Shown: one piece after another, positions 53,045 to 64,000 of the stretch
How positions within the stretch are numbered: position 1 is the first letter of the stretch
Layout of the letters: each line of letters opens with the position of its first letter
Origin: an uncultured bacterium
GTDB taxonomy: Bacteria; Verrucomicrobiota; Verrucomicrobiia; Limisphaerales; UBA8199
Assembly: GCA_963749495.1 (NCBI GenBank)
Contig: CAVVMW010000004.1
Location: forward strand, 320,001 to 384,000
Direction of reading: 5' to 3'
DNA: 64,000 nucleotides
Notes under the pieces: model-generated
What the model saw: the letters and a program-made list of their open reading frames with translations, nothing else
Databases searched by the model: none
What the model was told of the DNA's origin: nothing
Translations under genes and position numbers: made by a program

Positions 53045-53268
53045 GGCCGCGCAGTTCGCCCGTGCCTCCGCTCGGCTACAGCCCGGGCTATCAGATGACC
53101 GCCAGCCCAAGCAGTTCTACCGGGTGAAGGCGGCGATGTGAGCGACAGCTCACACGGGTTCTCTACGGTCTGCCGCCAAAGCCGCGAGGTTTTGGACCGC
53201 AGCCCAAAACCCCGGTCGCGCCTGCCTGCTTCGCAAGGCGCATGGAGGGAATGGGACCTGTGGGCAGG

Positions 53269-53505
53269 TCATGAGGAAGCGACCCCCTGGAGCTTGTAAC
53301 TGAGCGTGCCGTAATAACGGCGTTTCAGTCCGCGTTTCTTGCGCTGGCGCTCTCGCGCCTTGACCAAGTGCTTCAGACACCGCGACCCTTGAACCGCCGG
53401 TTCCCCGCATTCGGTGCACCGGCTGTCTCGCTGCATCCGCAATTGATACTTGCGCTGCCGCGAGATCGGCAACTGCGTAAACTCATCTTGTATGCGTCTT
53501 CTCAT
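53269..53505 (-). CDS. Small basic protein with a putative Zn-binding motif
   Basis: MRRRIQDEF...SRQRKYQLRM...CTECG...CLKH; 78 aa. Confidence 0.7.
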   Translation of the reverse strand: MRRRIQDEFTQLPISRQRKYQLRMQRDSRCTECGEPAVQGSRCLKHLVKARERQRKKRGLKRRYYGTLSYKLQGVASS

Positions 53506-54159
53506 CTTCCGTGTTCCCGGATCTTGATTGCCCGCGTGTGATTTGACCGCTCCGCACGTCTTGGCACTCAATATCCGACCTTTATTTATACCCGGAATGA
53601 CGATCTGTCCACTGGGCCACTGGCCCCCGTTGTGCCCGGCCCCTCTATCGCGCCCGGCGCGGCAGTGCCTCGCGTCCCTTCGGTCCCTTGCGTCCTGAAT
53701 CTCCGGCCCGGTGGGCCGCGAGGCAGAGCAGGAAAGCCGGTCTGAATGTCCAAGGCAAAGCATTGGAAGCGGCTGGCTCTGTGCTCTAGACGGGCCACTG
53801 AGGGACTGCATTGGGACGCACCCCGCTCGCAACTCCGGCGTCAAAAACCCTTTGACATCACCCGCCGGCTGTGCAGAACTAGACCCGTGAACGGTCGTAT
53901 GAAGCAGCCTCTCTCGAATCTCGCGCGCCTGGGCGGCGTGAGCCATGGCTCGAAAGCAAGACGTTGGGCGCAAAGCGGCGGGATACGCCGGGCTCCAGAC
54001 GCCTGGCGGCTTGCTCCGCGTGTCCCCGCATCGCGAAGTCCCGCTCAGCGGGAGAGTACGCGGCATTCCCGCGGTTTGTGTCCCACTGTTCCACGCAAAC
54101 ATCCCCTCCCTCGACCCCCGGCCCTCGGCCCTCGGCTCCGCGCGTTGAGCCTGGCGGCC

Positions 54160-56669
54160 ATGGTGGCGGCGGCCGCGACGGTTTGGAGCCAGCCCCAGGC
54201 GGGGCTGCTCTACCGGCCCAATGGCTTTACGACGTTCAACGATTACCGAGGCGCGCCGCCGGACAACATGGGCAATTATTACCAGGGCTACATCACGAAC
54301 CTGGCCGCGACATGGCTTACTAACGGCATGTTTGCGGCTGGATTTCAAACCGTCTGGCTTGATGACGGCTGGCAGGCTGCCGGACGAGATGGCAGCGGCA
54401 ACCTCACGTGGAACCCAAGCACGATGACGAACGGAGGGATACCCATACTGGTTGCCACACTGCACAACTGGGGGTACAAGGTCATCATCTACAGCGCTTA
54501 TGGTCCCCTGACGGCTAGAACGTGCCAGGGATATCCCGGCACGACCGACGCAACGATGCAGCAGGACTTGAACCTGTTCGCAACGTGGAACCTCGATGGG
54601 ATCTGCTTTGACGCCTGCGGCGGGAGTGATATCACGAGTTGCGCGGGTGGACTCGTGAACGACCCGGACTACAGCTACACGCGCCATGAATTCTCTACGC
54701 TGAGCAATGCCCTGGCCAACGTTGCCCCCGCGCACAGCTTCTGGACCTACCTCGTGATTCCGGTCTGGCCGACGCCGCCCGAGACGCCGCTAATGTGCAA
54801 CGCCTGTTCTGGCTGGGGAGCGCCTGGCGCAAGCGGCTACCCCGACACGGTGAGCAACGTCGTTGCCTCGTTCGACTTCATCCAGCCTTACGCCTCAACC
54901 CAAAACAGCAGTAATTTCGTGCAGTACATCGAGACCGCGGGTGAGTTCGCCTACTACTTCGGGCAGGTTCTGACGAAAGTTGGGATGTCCATGTGCGCTC
55001 TCTCAGGGTCGTTTATGCGGACCTCCGGGAACCTCGGGTCGCTGGCCAACTGGTACACCAACCAGGAAGTCAGCCTTCTCATCGATGATCCCTACGCGAA
55101 GTGCGGTCGGCTCGTCGCCAGCAATGATGTCGTGCAGATTTTCGTCCGACCGCTTGGCTTTGAGGGGTCCGGCACAAACCTGGTGGGGGTCTATAACGGG
55201 GCGGCCACGAACCAGTTGATCGTGCTGACCTGGGACCTGGTCGGGGCGGCGCCCGGTCAACAGCTCGCCTTTCGGGACCTGTGGGCGGGGACGAACTTCC
55301 CCAATAGCAACACCAATCTCACGGTCTCGGTTGAACCGGCAAATATCCTGCTGCTCAAAATGACCGCGCCGGACAGCCCTCCGTCCATAGCCGCTCAGCC
55401 CCAGGCTCAGACCGTCCTGCTCGGAGCCCAGGCCCGCTTGGGGGCGCTGCTGGCCGGGGCCCTGCCGCGAACCTGCCAGTGGTTTCACGATGGCGTCGCC
55501 CTGCCCGGAGCCACCGAGGCCTCGCTCTGGATTCCCGGGGCCGCTTTCACCGACAGCGGAACCTATCAACTTGCCGTCAGCAACAGCTTCGGCCACACCA
55601 CCAGTGTGCCGGCAATGCTCCAGGTCCAATCCGTCATTGCCTGGGGTGGGAATAACTGCCACCAGACCAATGTCCCGGCCGTCGCCAGCAACATCGTGGC
55701 GCTGGCCTCCGGCCTCAACCATATCCTGGCCCTTCGCCAGGATGGCCGGGTCGTCGGCTGGGGCGCGGACCAGATGGGCCAATGCGACGTGCCCCCCGGC
55801 CTTCCCGGCGCAGTCGCGGTCGCGGCCGGCGGCGTCCATAGCCTGGCGCTCACCGAGAGCGGCAGCGTCGTCGCCTGGGGCGACAATACCGCCGGCCAAA
55901 CCAATGTGCCGGCCGGGCTCACCAACGTTATTGCCATTTCCGCCGGGCTGACGCACAGCCTCGCCTTGCGCGCAGACGGGACTGTGGCCGCCTGGGGCGG
56001 CAACGCCGATGGTGAGACGGAGGTCCCGCCCGGATTGAGCAACGTGGTTGCCATTTCGGCCGGGGGCTCGCACAGCGTCGCGTTGCGGGCTGACGGCACG
56101 GTGCTTGCCTGGGGCAGCAACAGCCGAGGCCAGGCCCAGGTGCCGGACGGCTTGGGCAATGTGGCGGTCGTTTCCGCCGGGGGTCTCACACCCTGGCCCT
56201 CCGCGCGGATGGCGTGGTGGTTGGCTGGGGAGACGCCACCTACTCGCAGTCGGTGGTCCCCGCCGCGGTCAGCAACGCGGTTTGCATCGCGGCCGGGGAC
56301 GGCCACAGCCTGGTTGAACTGGCCGACGGGAGCGTGTTTGGCTGGGGCCGGAGTGATTATGGGCAGGCTATCGCGCCCGAGGGTGTGAATCACCCGGCGC
56401 TGCTCGGAGCGGGCTGCGATCACAGCGTGGCGGCGGGCCGCTCGTGGCCGGCGCCGCCCAGCGTGATCCGCGCCCGGGCGGCCCCGGACCGGCTCGAAGT
56501 CCTGGTGCCAACCGAGCGCGGACGCTCCTATTTCCTGCTGAGCAGGGATCGACTCGGTGATTCTGCCTGGCGCTATGTGACTGGAGTTGCCGGCAACGGC
56601 GGCCTGTGCAGCCTGGAGGACACAGCCCCCGCCTCGGCCCAGCGCTTCTATACCGTCCGGCGGCAGTAA
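54160..56669 (+). CDS. Secreted GH27-like + Ig + RCC1-repeat protein, copy 1 (start uncertain; 1-bp deletion near 56187)
   Basis: LDDGWQ..RD..GNL, TCQGYPG, FATWNLDGICFDAC; Ig motif QWFHDG..DSGTY; VVAWG.N..GQ RCC1 repeats; RFYTV tail. Confidence 0.85.
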
Positions 56670-59215
56670 TGCCCTCGCATCCCTTCCTTGGACCCTCGAC
56701 CCTCGGCCCTGGGCTCCGCGCGTTGAGCCTGGCAGCCATGGTGGCGGCGGCCGCGACGGTTTGGAGCCAGCCCCAGGCGGGGCTGCTCTACCGGCCCAAT
56801 GGCTTTTTGACGTTCAACGATTTGCGAGGCTTGCCGCCGGACGACATGGGCAATTATTACCAGGGCTTTTTGACGAACCTGGCGGCGGCGTGGATAGCGG
56901 ATGGGACGTACGCGGCGGGCTTTCAAACGTTCTGGCTGGACGACGGTTGGCAGGCGGTCCACCGGGACGCCGACGGCAATCTGACGTGGAATGCCCTGAC
57001 GCTGACGAACGGGGGCATCCCGGGCCTGGTGAGCACGCTCCATGGGTTGGGCTACAAGGCGATCTTGTACACCGCCTACGCGCCGACCAACTCCAGGACC
57101 TGCTGGGGGTATGCGGGGACCGACGACGCCCACCTCCAGCAGGACATGAACCTGTTTGCGGCGTGGGGCGTGGACGGGTTGATGTTCGACGCGTGCAGGG
57201 GCGCCATCTTCAACGATAGCACCTACAACTCCGTCCGGCACGAGTTCCAATCCATCAGCAACGCCCTGGCCAACGTGAGCCCGCCGCACAAGTTCTGGAC
57301 TTACATCGTCATTCCAGTGTGGCCGCCCCCGCCGGAGACGCCGTTTTTCTGCGATGCGTGCAATGCCTGGGGGGCGCCCAGCGGCGGCTATGCGCAGGAC
57401 AGCGCCGACCTGCTGGCCGATTTCCGGTATGTCGAACCGTATGCGAGCGCATGGAACGGGGCGAATTTTGTCATCTACGGAGAGGGGTATGCGGAGGGGT
57501 GTTATGCCTATTCGTCAACGGAAATCAAGGTGATGGTGAGCCTGTGCGCGCTCTCGGGCTCGATGATGCGGCTCAGTTCGGGCATCGATCCACGGTACAC
57601 GACCAACGTGGAAGTAGTGTCGCTCATCAGCGACCCCTATGGCCGGGGCGGCAGGCGGGTGTACACGAATTGCCTGCAGGAGGTGTTTGTCCGGCCGCTG
57701 GGCTTCGATTGCTCTGGCACAAACCTGGTGGGGGTCTATAACGGGGCGGCCACGAACCAGTTGATCGTGCTGACCTGGGACCTGGTCGGGGCGGCGCCCG
57801 GTCAACAGCTCGCCTTTCGGGACCTGTGGGCGGGGACGAACTTCCCCAATAGCAACACCAATCTCACCGTCTCGGTTGGACCGACAGATATCCTGCTGCT
57901 TAAAGTCACCGCGCCGGACAGCCCTCCGTCCATAGCCGCTCAGCCCCAGGCTCAGACCGTCCTGCTCGGAGCCGAGGCCCGCTTGGGGGCGCTGCTGGCC
58001 GGGGCCCTGCCGCGAACCTGCCAGTGGTTTCACGATGGCGTCGCCCTGCCCGGAGCCACCGAGGCCTCGCTCTGGATTCCCGGGGCCGCTTTCACCGACA
58101 GCGGAACCTATCAACTTGCCGTCAGCAACAGCTTCGGCCACACCACCAGTGTGCCGGCAATGCTCCAGGTCCAATCCGTCATTGCCTGGGGTGGGAATAA
58201 CTGCCACCAGACCAATGTCCCGGCCGTCGCCAGCAACATCGTGGCGCTGGCCTCCGGCCTCAACCATATCCTGGCCCTTCGCCAGGATGGCCGGGTCGTC
58301 GGCTGGGGCGCGGACCAGATGGGCCAATGCGACGTGCCCCCCGGCCTTCCCGGCGCAGTCGCGGTCGCGGCCGGCGGCGTCCATAGCCTGGCGCTCACCG
58401 AGAGCGGCAGCGTCGTCGCCTGGGGCGACAATACCGCCGGCCAAACCAATGTGCCGGCCGGGCTCACCAACGTTATTGCCATTTCCGCCGGGCTGACGCA
58501 CAGCCTCGCCTTGCGCGCAGACGGGACTGTGGCCGCCTGGGGCGGCAACGCCGATGGTGAGACGGAGGTCCCGCCCGGATTGAGCAACGTGGTTGCCATT
58601 TCGGCCGGGGGCTCGCACAGCGTTGCGTTGCGGGCTGACGGCACGGTGCTTGCCTGGGGCAGCAACAGCCGAGGCCAGGCCCAGGTGCCGGACGGCTTGG
58701 GCAATGTGGCGGTCGTTTCCGCCGGGGGTCTCGACACCCTGGCCCTCCGCGCGGATGGCGTGGTGGTTGGCTGGGGAGACGCCACCTACTCGCAGTCGGT
58801 GGTCCCCGCCGCGGTCAGCAACGCGGTTTGCATCGCGGCCGGGGACGGCCACAGCCTGGTTGAACTGGCCGACGGGAGCGTGTTTGGCTGGGGCCGGAGT
58901 GATTATGGGCAGGCTATCGCGCCCGAGGGTGTGAATCACCCGGCGCTGCTTGGAGCGGGCTGCGATCACAGCGTGGCGGCGGGCCGCTCGTGGCCGGCGC
59001 CGCCCAGCGTGATCCGCGCCCGGGCGGCCCCGGACCGGCTCGAAGTCCTGGTGCCAACCGAGCGCGGACGCTCCTATTTCCTGCTGAGCAGGGATCGACT
59101 CGGTGATTCTGCCTGGCGCTATGTGACTGGAGTTGCCGGCAACGGCGGCCTGCGCAGCCTGGAGGACACAGCCCCCGCCTCGGCCCAGCGCTTCTATACC
59201 GTCCGGCGGCAATAA
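56669..59215 (+). CDS. Secreted GH27-like + Ig + RCC1-repeat protein, copy 2
   Basis: Same architecture, intact; TAATG coupling to copy 1. Confidence 0.88.
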   Translation: MPSHPFLGPSTLGPGLRALSLAAMVAAAATVWSQPQAGLLYRPNGFLTFNDLRGLPPDDMGNYYQGFLTNLAAAWIADGTYAAGFQTFWLDDGWQAVHRDADGNLTWNALTLTNGGIPGLVSTLHGLGYKAILYTAYAPTNSRTCWGYAGTDDAHLQQDMNLFAAWGVDGLMFDACRGAIFNDSTYNSVRHEFQSISNALANVSPPHKFWTYIVIPVWPPPPETPFFCDACNAWGAPSGGYAQDSADLLADFRYVEPYASAWNGANFVIYGEGYAEGCYAYSSTEIKVMVSLCALSGSMMRLSSGIDPRYTTNVEVVSLISDPYGRGGRRVYTNCLQEVFVRPLGFDCSGTNLVGVYNGAATNQLIVLTWDLVGAAPGQQLAFRDLWAGTNFPNSNTNLTVSVGPTDILLLKVTAPDSPPSIAAQPQAQTVLLGAEARLGALLAGALPRTCQWFHDGVALPGATEASLWIPGAAFTDSGTYQLAVSNSFGHTTSVPAMLQVQSVIAWGGNNCHQTNVPAVASNIVALASGLNHILALRQDGRVVGWGADQMGQCDVPPGLPGAVAVAAGGVHSLALTESGSVVAWGDNTAGQTNVPAGLTNVIAISAGLTHSLALRADGTVAAWGGNADGETEVPPGLSNVVAISAGGSHSVALRADGTVLAWGSNSRGQAQVPDGLGNVAVVSAGGLDTLALRADGVVVGWGDATYSQSVVPAAVSNAVCIAAGDGHSLVELADGSVFGWGRSDYGQAIAPEGVNHPALLGAGCDHSVAAGRSWPAPPSVIRARAAPDRLEVLVPTERGRSYFLLSRDRLGDSAWRYVTGVAGNGGLRSLEDTAPASAQRFYTVRRQ

Positions 59216-59424
59216 TGCCCTCGCGTCCCTGACGTCCCTTACGTCGCTTATGTCCCTTTGGTCCCTTCCGTCCCGTTGGCCACCCCCATCTCCTTCCAAG
59301 ACAAAAGATTGACACGAGGAAAACTTTTTTGGCAGTTTGGCTCTGCTCAGTCTTTCTGGAACCTGTCGGCCGCGAGCCCTGACTGGGCGGGCGAACGCCG
59401 TCCAAATTGAATGCAAGAAATATC

Positions 59425-60589
59425 ATGAGAAAGCTCCTTCCTATCCTCCCGGCGGCCTGGGCCTGCGGCCTGCTGTTGTTTTCCGATGCGGGCCTGGCAG
59501 CCAGTTCCTCCAAGGCCGTCAAGATCGGCGCCCTGTTTTCGGTGACGGGGCCGGCGTCGTTCCTGGGTGCGCCGGAGGCCAAGACCGCCCGTATGCTCAT
59601 CGACAAGCTCAACGCCTCCGGGGGCGTGAACGGGGCGAGGCTGGTGTTGGTGCTCAAGGACACCGGTTCAAGCCCCGAGAAGGCCGTCTCCTTTGCCAGG
59701 CAGTTGATCGAGGAAGACCAGGTGCTGGCCATCATCGGCCCGTCCACCAGCGGCGAGACCATGGCGATCAAGGCCCTGTGCGAGGAGAACCGGGTCATCC
59801 TCGTTTCGTGCGCCGCCGCCGAGGTCATCGTCAACCCGGTGGCCAAGTACGTCTTCAAGGTGCCCCAAAAAGACAGCCAGGCCGTCACCTGGATCTATCG
59901 CACCATGAAGGAAAACGGGATCACCCGGATTGCCGTCGTGAGCAGCAACGACGGCTTCGGCGCGGCGGGCAAGAAACAACTGGAGGACATGGCCAGGGCC
60001 GCGGGGATGGAGATCCTCGCCGACGAGGTGTACGACAAGCAGGCGACCGATCTGAGCGACATCCTCACCAAGGTCAAGAGCAAACCGGGCGTCCAGGCGC
60101 TCGTGAACTGGTCCATCGTCCCGGCCCAATCCATCGTGGCCAAGAACATGAGACAGATCGGGCTGGACGTGCCGCTCTACCAGAGCCACGGCTTTGGCAA
60201 CCGCAGATATGTCGAGCAGGCCGGCATCGCCGCCGAGGGCACCCTCTTCCCCGCGCCGGCTCCTGGTGGTCGACGAACTGCCCGAGGGCCATCCCCAGAA
60301 GAAACTCCTGGCCGCTTACAAACACGATTACGAGGCGGCCTTCCATGAAGATGTCAGCACCTTCGGCGGCCATGCCTATGACGCCCTGCTCGTCGTGGTC
60401 GAGGGCCTCAAGCGAGCCCGCAGCGCCGACCGGGACAAGGTGCGCGACGCCATCGAGGGCCTGAAGGGCTTTGTCGGCACCGGCGGCATATTCAACTACT
60501 CGGCCAGTGACCACACGGGCCTGGATCTGAGCGCCTTCGAGATGCTGGTGGTCAAGGGCGGCAAGTTCACCCTCTACCGGAAGCAGTGA
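59425..60589 (+). CDS. Branched-chain amino acid-type ABC transporter substrate-binding protein, frameshift near 60255
   Basis: VKIGALFSVTGPASFLG, INxxGG-like motif, AIIGPSTSG and AYDA motifs. Confidence 0.9.
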
Positions 60590-61458
60590 TCGCGCTGCAG
60601 TACCTGCTGTCGGGGGTCACCAAGGGCAGCATTTATGCCGTGGTGGCGATTGGATTCAATCTGATCTACAGCGCGACCGGCGTGCTCAACCTGGCCCAGG
60701 GCGAATTTGTGATGCTGGGCGGGATGGTGGCGGTGACGCTCTCGCATTACTTCTCGCTGCCGGTAGCCGTGGCCGGGGCGGTGCTCCTGGTGGCGCTGGT
60801 CGGGTGCCTGCTGGAGATCCTCTTCTTCCGCAAGTTGCGGCGTCACTCGGTCCTGCACCTGATCATCATCACGATCGGCCTCTCGATTGTCATCCAGGAG
60901 GCCGCTCTGCACATCTGGGACGAGAAGGTGCGCTCGTTGCCCTACTTTACGGGCAACGAAGTCTCCTCGCTCCGGTTTTTCGGCGCGGCCATCTCCCCCC
61001 AGGTCCTGTGGGTGCTGGGCACGGTGGCCGTGACGGTCCTGGCCCTGCACGGGTTTCTGCACCACACCCTGCAAGGCCGGGCGATGCGCGCCTGTTCCTC
61101 GAACTCCGATGCCGCCATGCTCTCGGGCATCAACCTGCGGAACATGCGCACGCTCGCCTTCGGGCTGAGCGCGGGCCTGGGCGCGCTGGCTGGCTGCGTG
61201 ATCTCGCCGATCACCATGACGCATTATGAAATGGGCACCCCCTTGGCCATCAAGGGTTTTGCCGCCGCAATCCTGGGCGGGCTGGGCAATCCCATGGCCG
61301 CCGTGCTGGGCGGGTTGCTGGTGGGCATCCTCGAGGCCCTCAGCGTCAGCCGCCTGCCCGCCGCTTACAACGACGTCGCCGCTTTCGCCGTGCTGCTCGG
61401 GGTGCTTTTCGTCCGCCCGCGCGGCCTCTTCGGCTCGCCCGAACTGAGGGAACTGTGA
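60586..61458 (+). CDS. livH: Branched-chain amino acid ABC transporter permease
   Basis: GSIYAVVAIGFNLIY, NLAQGEF and KGFAAAILGGLG motifs. Confidence 0.88.
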   Translation: MIALQYLLSGVTKGSIYAVVAIGFNLIYSATGVLNLAQGEFVMLGGMVAVTLSHYFSLPVAVAGAVLLVALVGCLLEILFFRKLRRHSVLHLIIITIGLSIVIQEAALHIWDEKVRSLPYFTGNEVSSLRFFGAAISPQVLWVLGTVAVTVLALHGFLHHTLQGRAMRACSSNSDAAMLSGINLRNMRTLAFGLSAGLGALAGCVISPITMTHYEMGTPLAIKGFAAAILGGLGNPMAAVLGGLLVGILEALSVSRLPAAYNDVAAFAVLLGVLFVRPRGLFGSPELREL

Positions 61459-61465
61459 TGATGCG

Positions 61466-63381
<1,916 letters not shown>

Positions 63382-63397
<16 letters not shown>

Positions 63398-64000
63398 AGA
63401 ACCTGAGGTGCGGTTACGGCAGCCTCGAGGTCGTGCGCGGCGCCAGCCTCCACGTCTGCACCGGCGAGATCGTCGCCCTCCTGGGCGCCAACGGCGCCGG
63501 CAAGTCCACCCTCCTGCGCGCCATCATCGGGCTGCTGCCTCCCTGGGAGGGCCAGGTCTTCATCGAGGGCCGCGCGGTTTGCGGCCAGCCCGCCTGGCGC
63601 AGCGTCAGCCACTCCACCGTGCTGGTGCCAGAGGGCAAGATGATCTTTGCCGACATGACCGTGCGCGAGAACCTCCTTTTGGGCGGCTATCACAACCCGG
63701 ACCGGGCAGTGCAGATGGAGATCGTGCTCGAGCGGTTCCCGCGGCTGCGCGAACGCCTCCGCCAATTGGGCGGCACGCTCTCGGGCGGCGAGCAGCAAAT
63801 GCTGGCCCTGGGCCGCGCCCTCATGGCCCGTCCCAGGCTCCTGCTCCTGGACGAGCCCTCGATGGGCCTGGCCCCTAAGCTGGTCGAGGAACTCTTCGTC
63901 GAAATCACCAGGATGCGGGACCTGGGCCTGACCGTGCTGCTAGTGGAACAGAATGCCACGGCCACGCTGCAGATCGCCGACCGCGCCTACGTGATGGAGG
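63382..64000 (+). CDS. livF: Branched-chain amino acid ABC transporter ATP-binding protein (runs off the window end)
   Basis: GANGAGKST, LSGGEQQMLA, LLDEPSMGLAP and LLVEQNA motifs. Confidence 0.9.

Noticed and set aside
54120..59215. Diversity-generating retroelement behind the GH27 variation
   Set aside because: No reverse transcriptase; differences are not adenine-specific and span about 0.9 kb with indels
2805..60589. About a dozen single-base frameshifts as pseudogenes or programmed frameshifting
   Set aside because: Many lie in short homopolymers in otherwise intact genes, with no consistent slippery motif; most likely long-read errors, although reads are needed to confirm

Overview
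GC-rich chromosomal window. Gene content (DUF1080-ThuA, HEAT-repeat and Gfo/Idh/MocA proteins, secreted proteins ending in an RFYRV-type tail, heptamer microsatellites, many palindromic repeats) suggests Verrucomicrobiota; this is an inference. Housekeeping and metabolic genes include glmS, gmhB, pyrG, kdsB, uxaE, a tricorn protease, a sulfatase, cyclophilins and a liv-type ABC transporter. About a dozen genes carry 1-bp frameshifts, most likely long-read errors. Main points of interest: (1) an intact IS66-type element (37669-40083; 13-bp terminal IRs, 8-bp TSD) with a DUF4338/DruA-like, Mom-like gene where tnpA/tnpB would normally be, inserted in a small-protein/retropepsin pair; (2) tandem GH27-Ig-RCC1 genes with near-identical flanks around sharply diverged catalytic domains; (3) a uxaE duplication bracketing about 4.5 kb of secreted-protein cargo and exposing a filled versus empty REP site; (4) at least seven REP/REPIN-like families, several adjacent to toxin-antitoxin-like genes; (5) an RloA/RloB (AbiL-like) pair and a nucleotidyltransferase followed by tandem small paralogues. 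All calls rest on motif recognition by eye; no searches were run.
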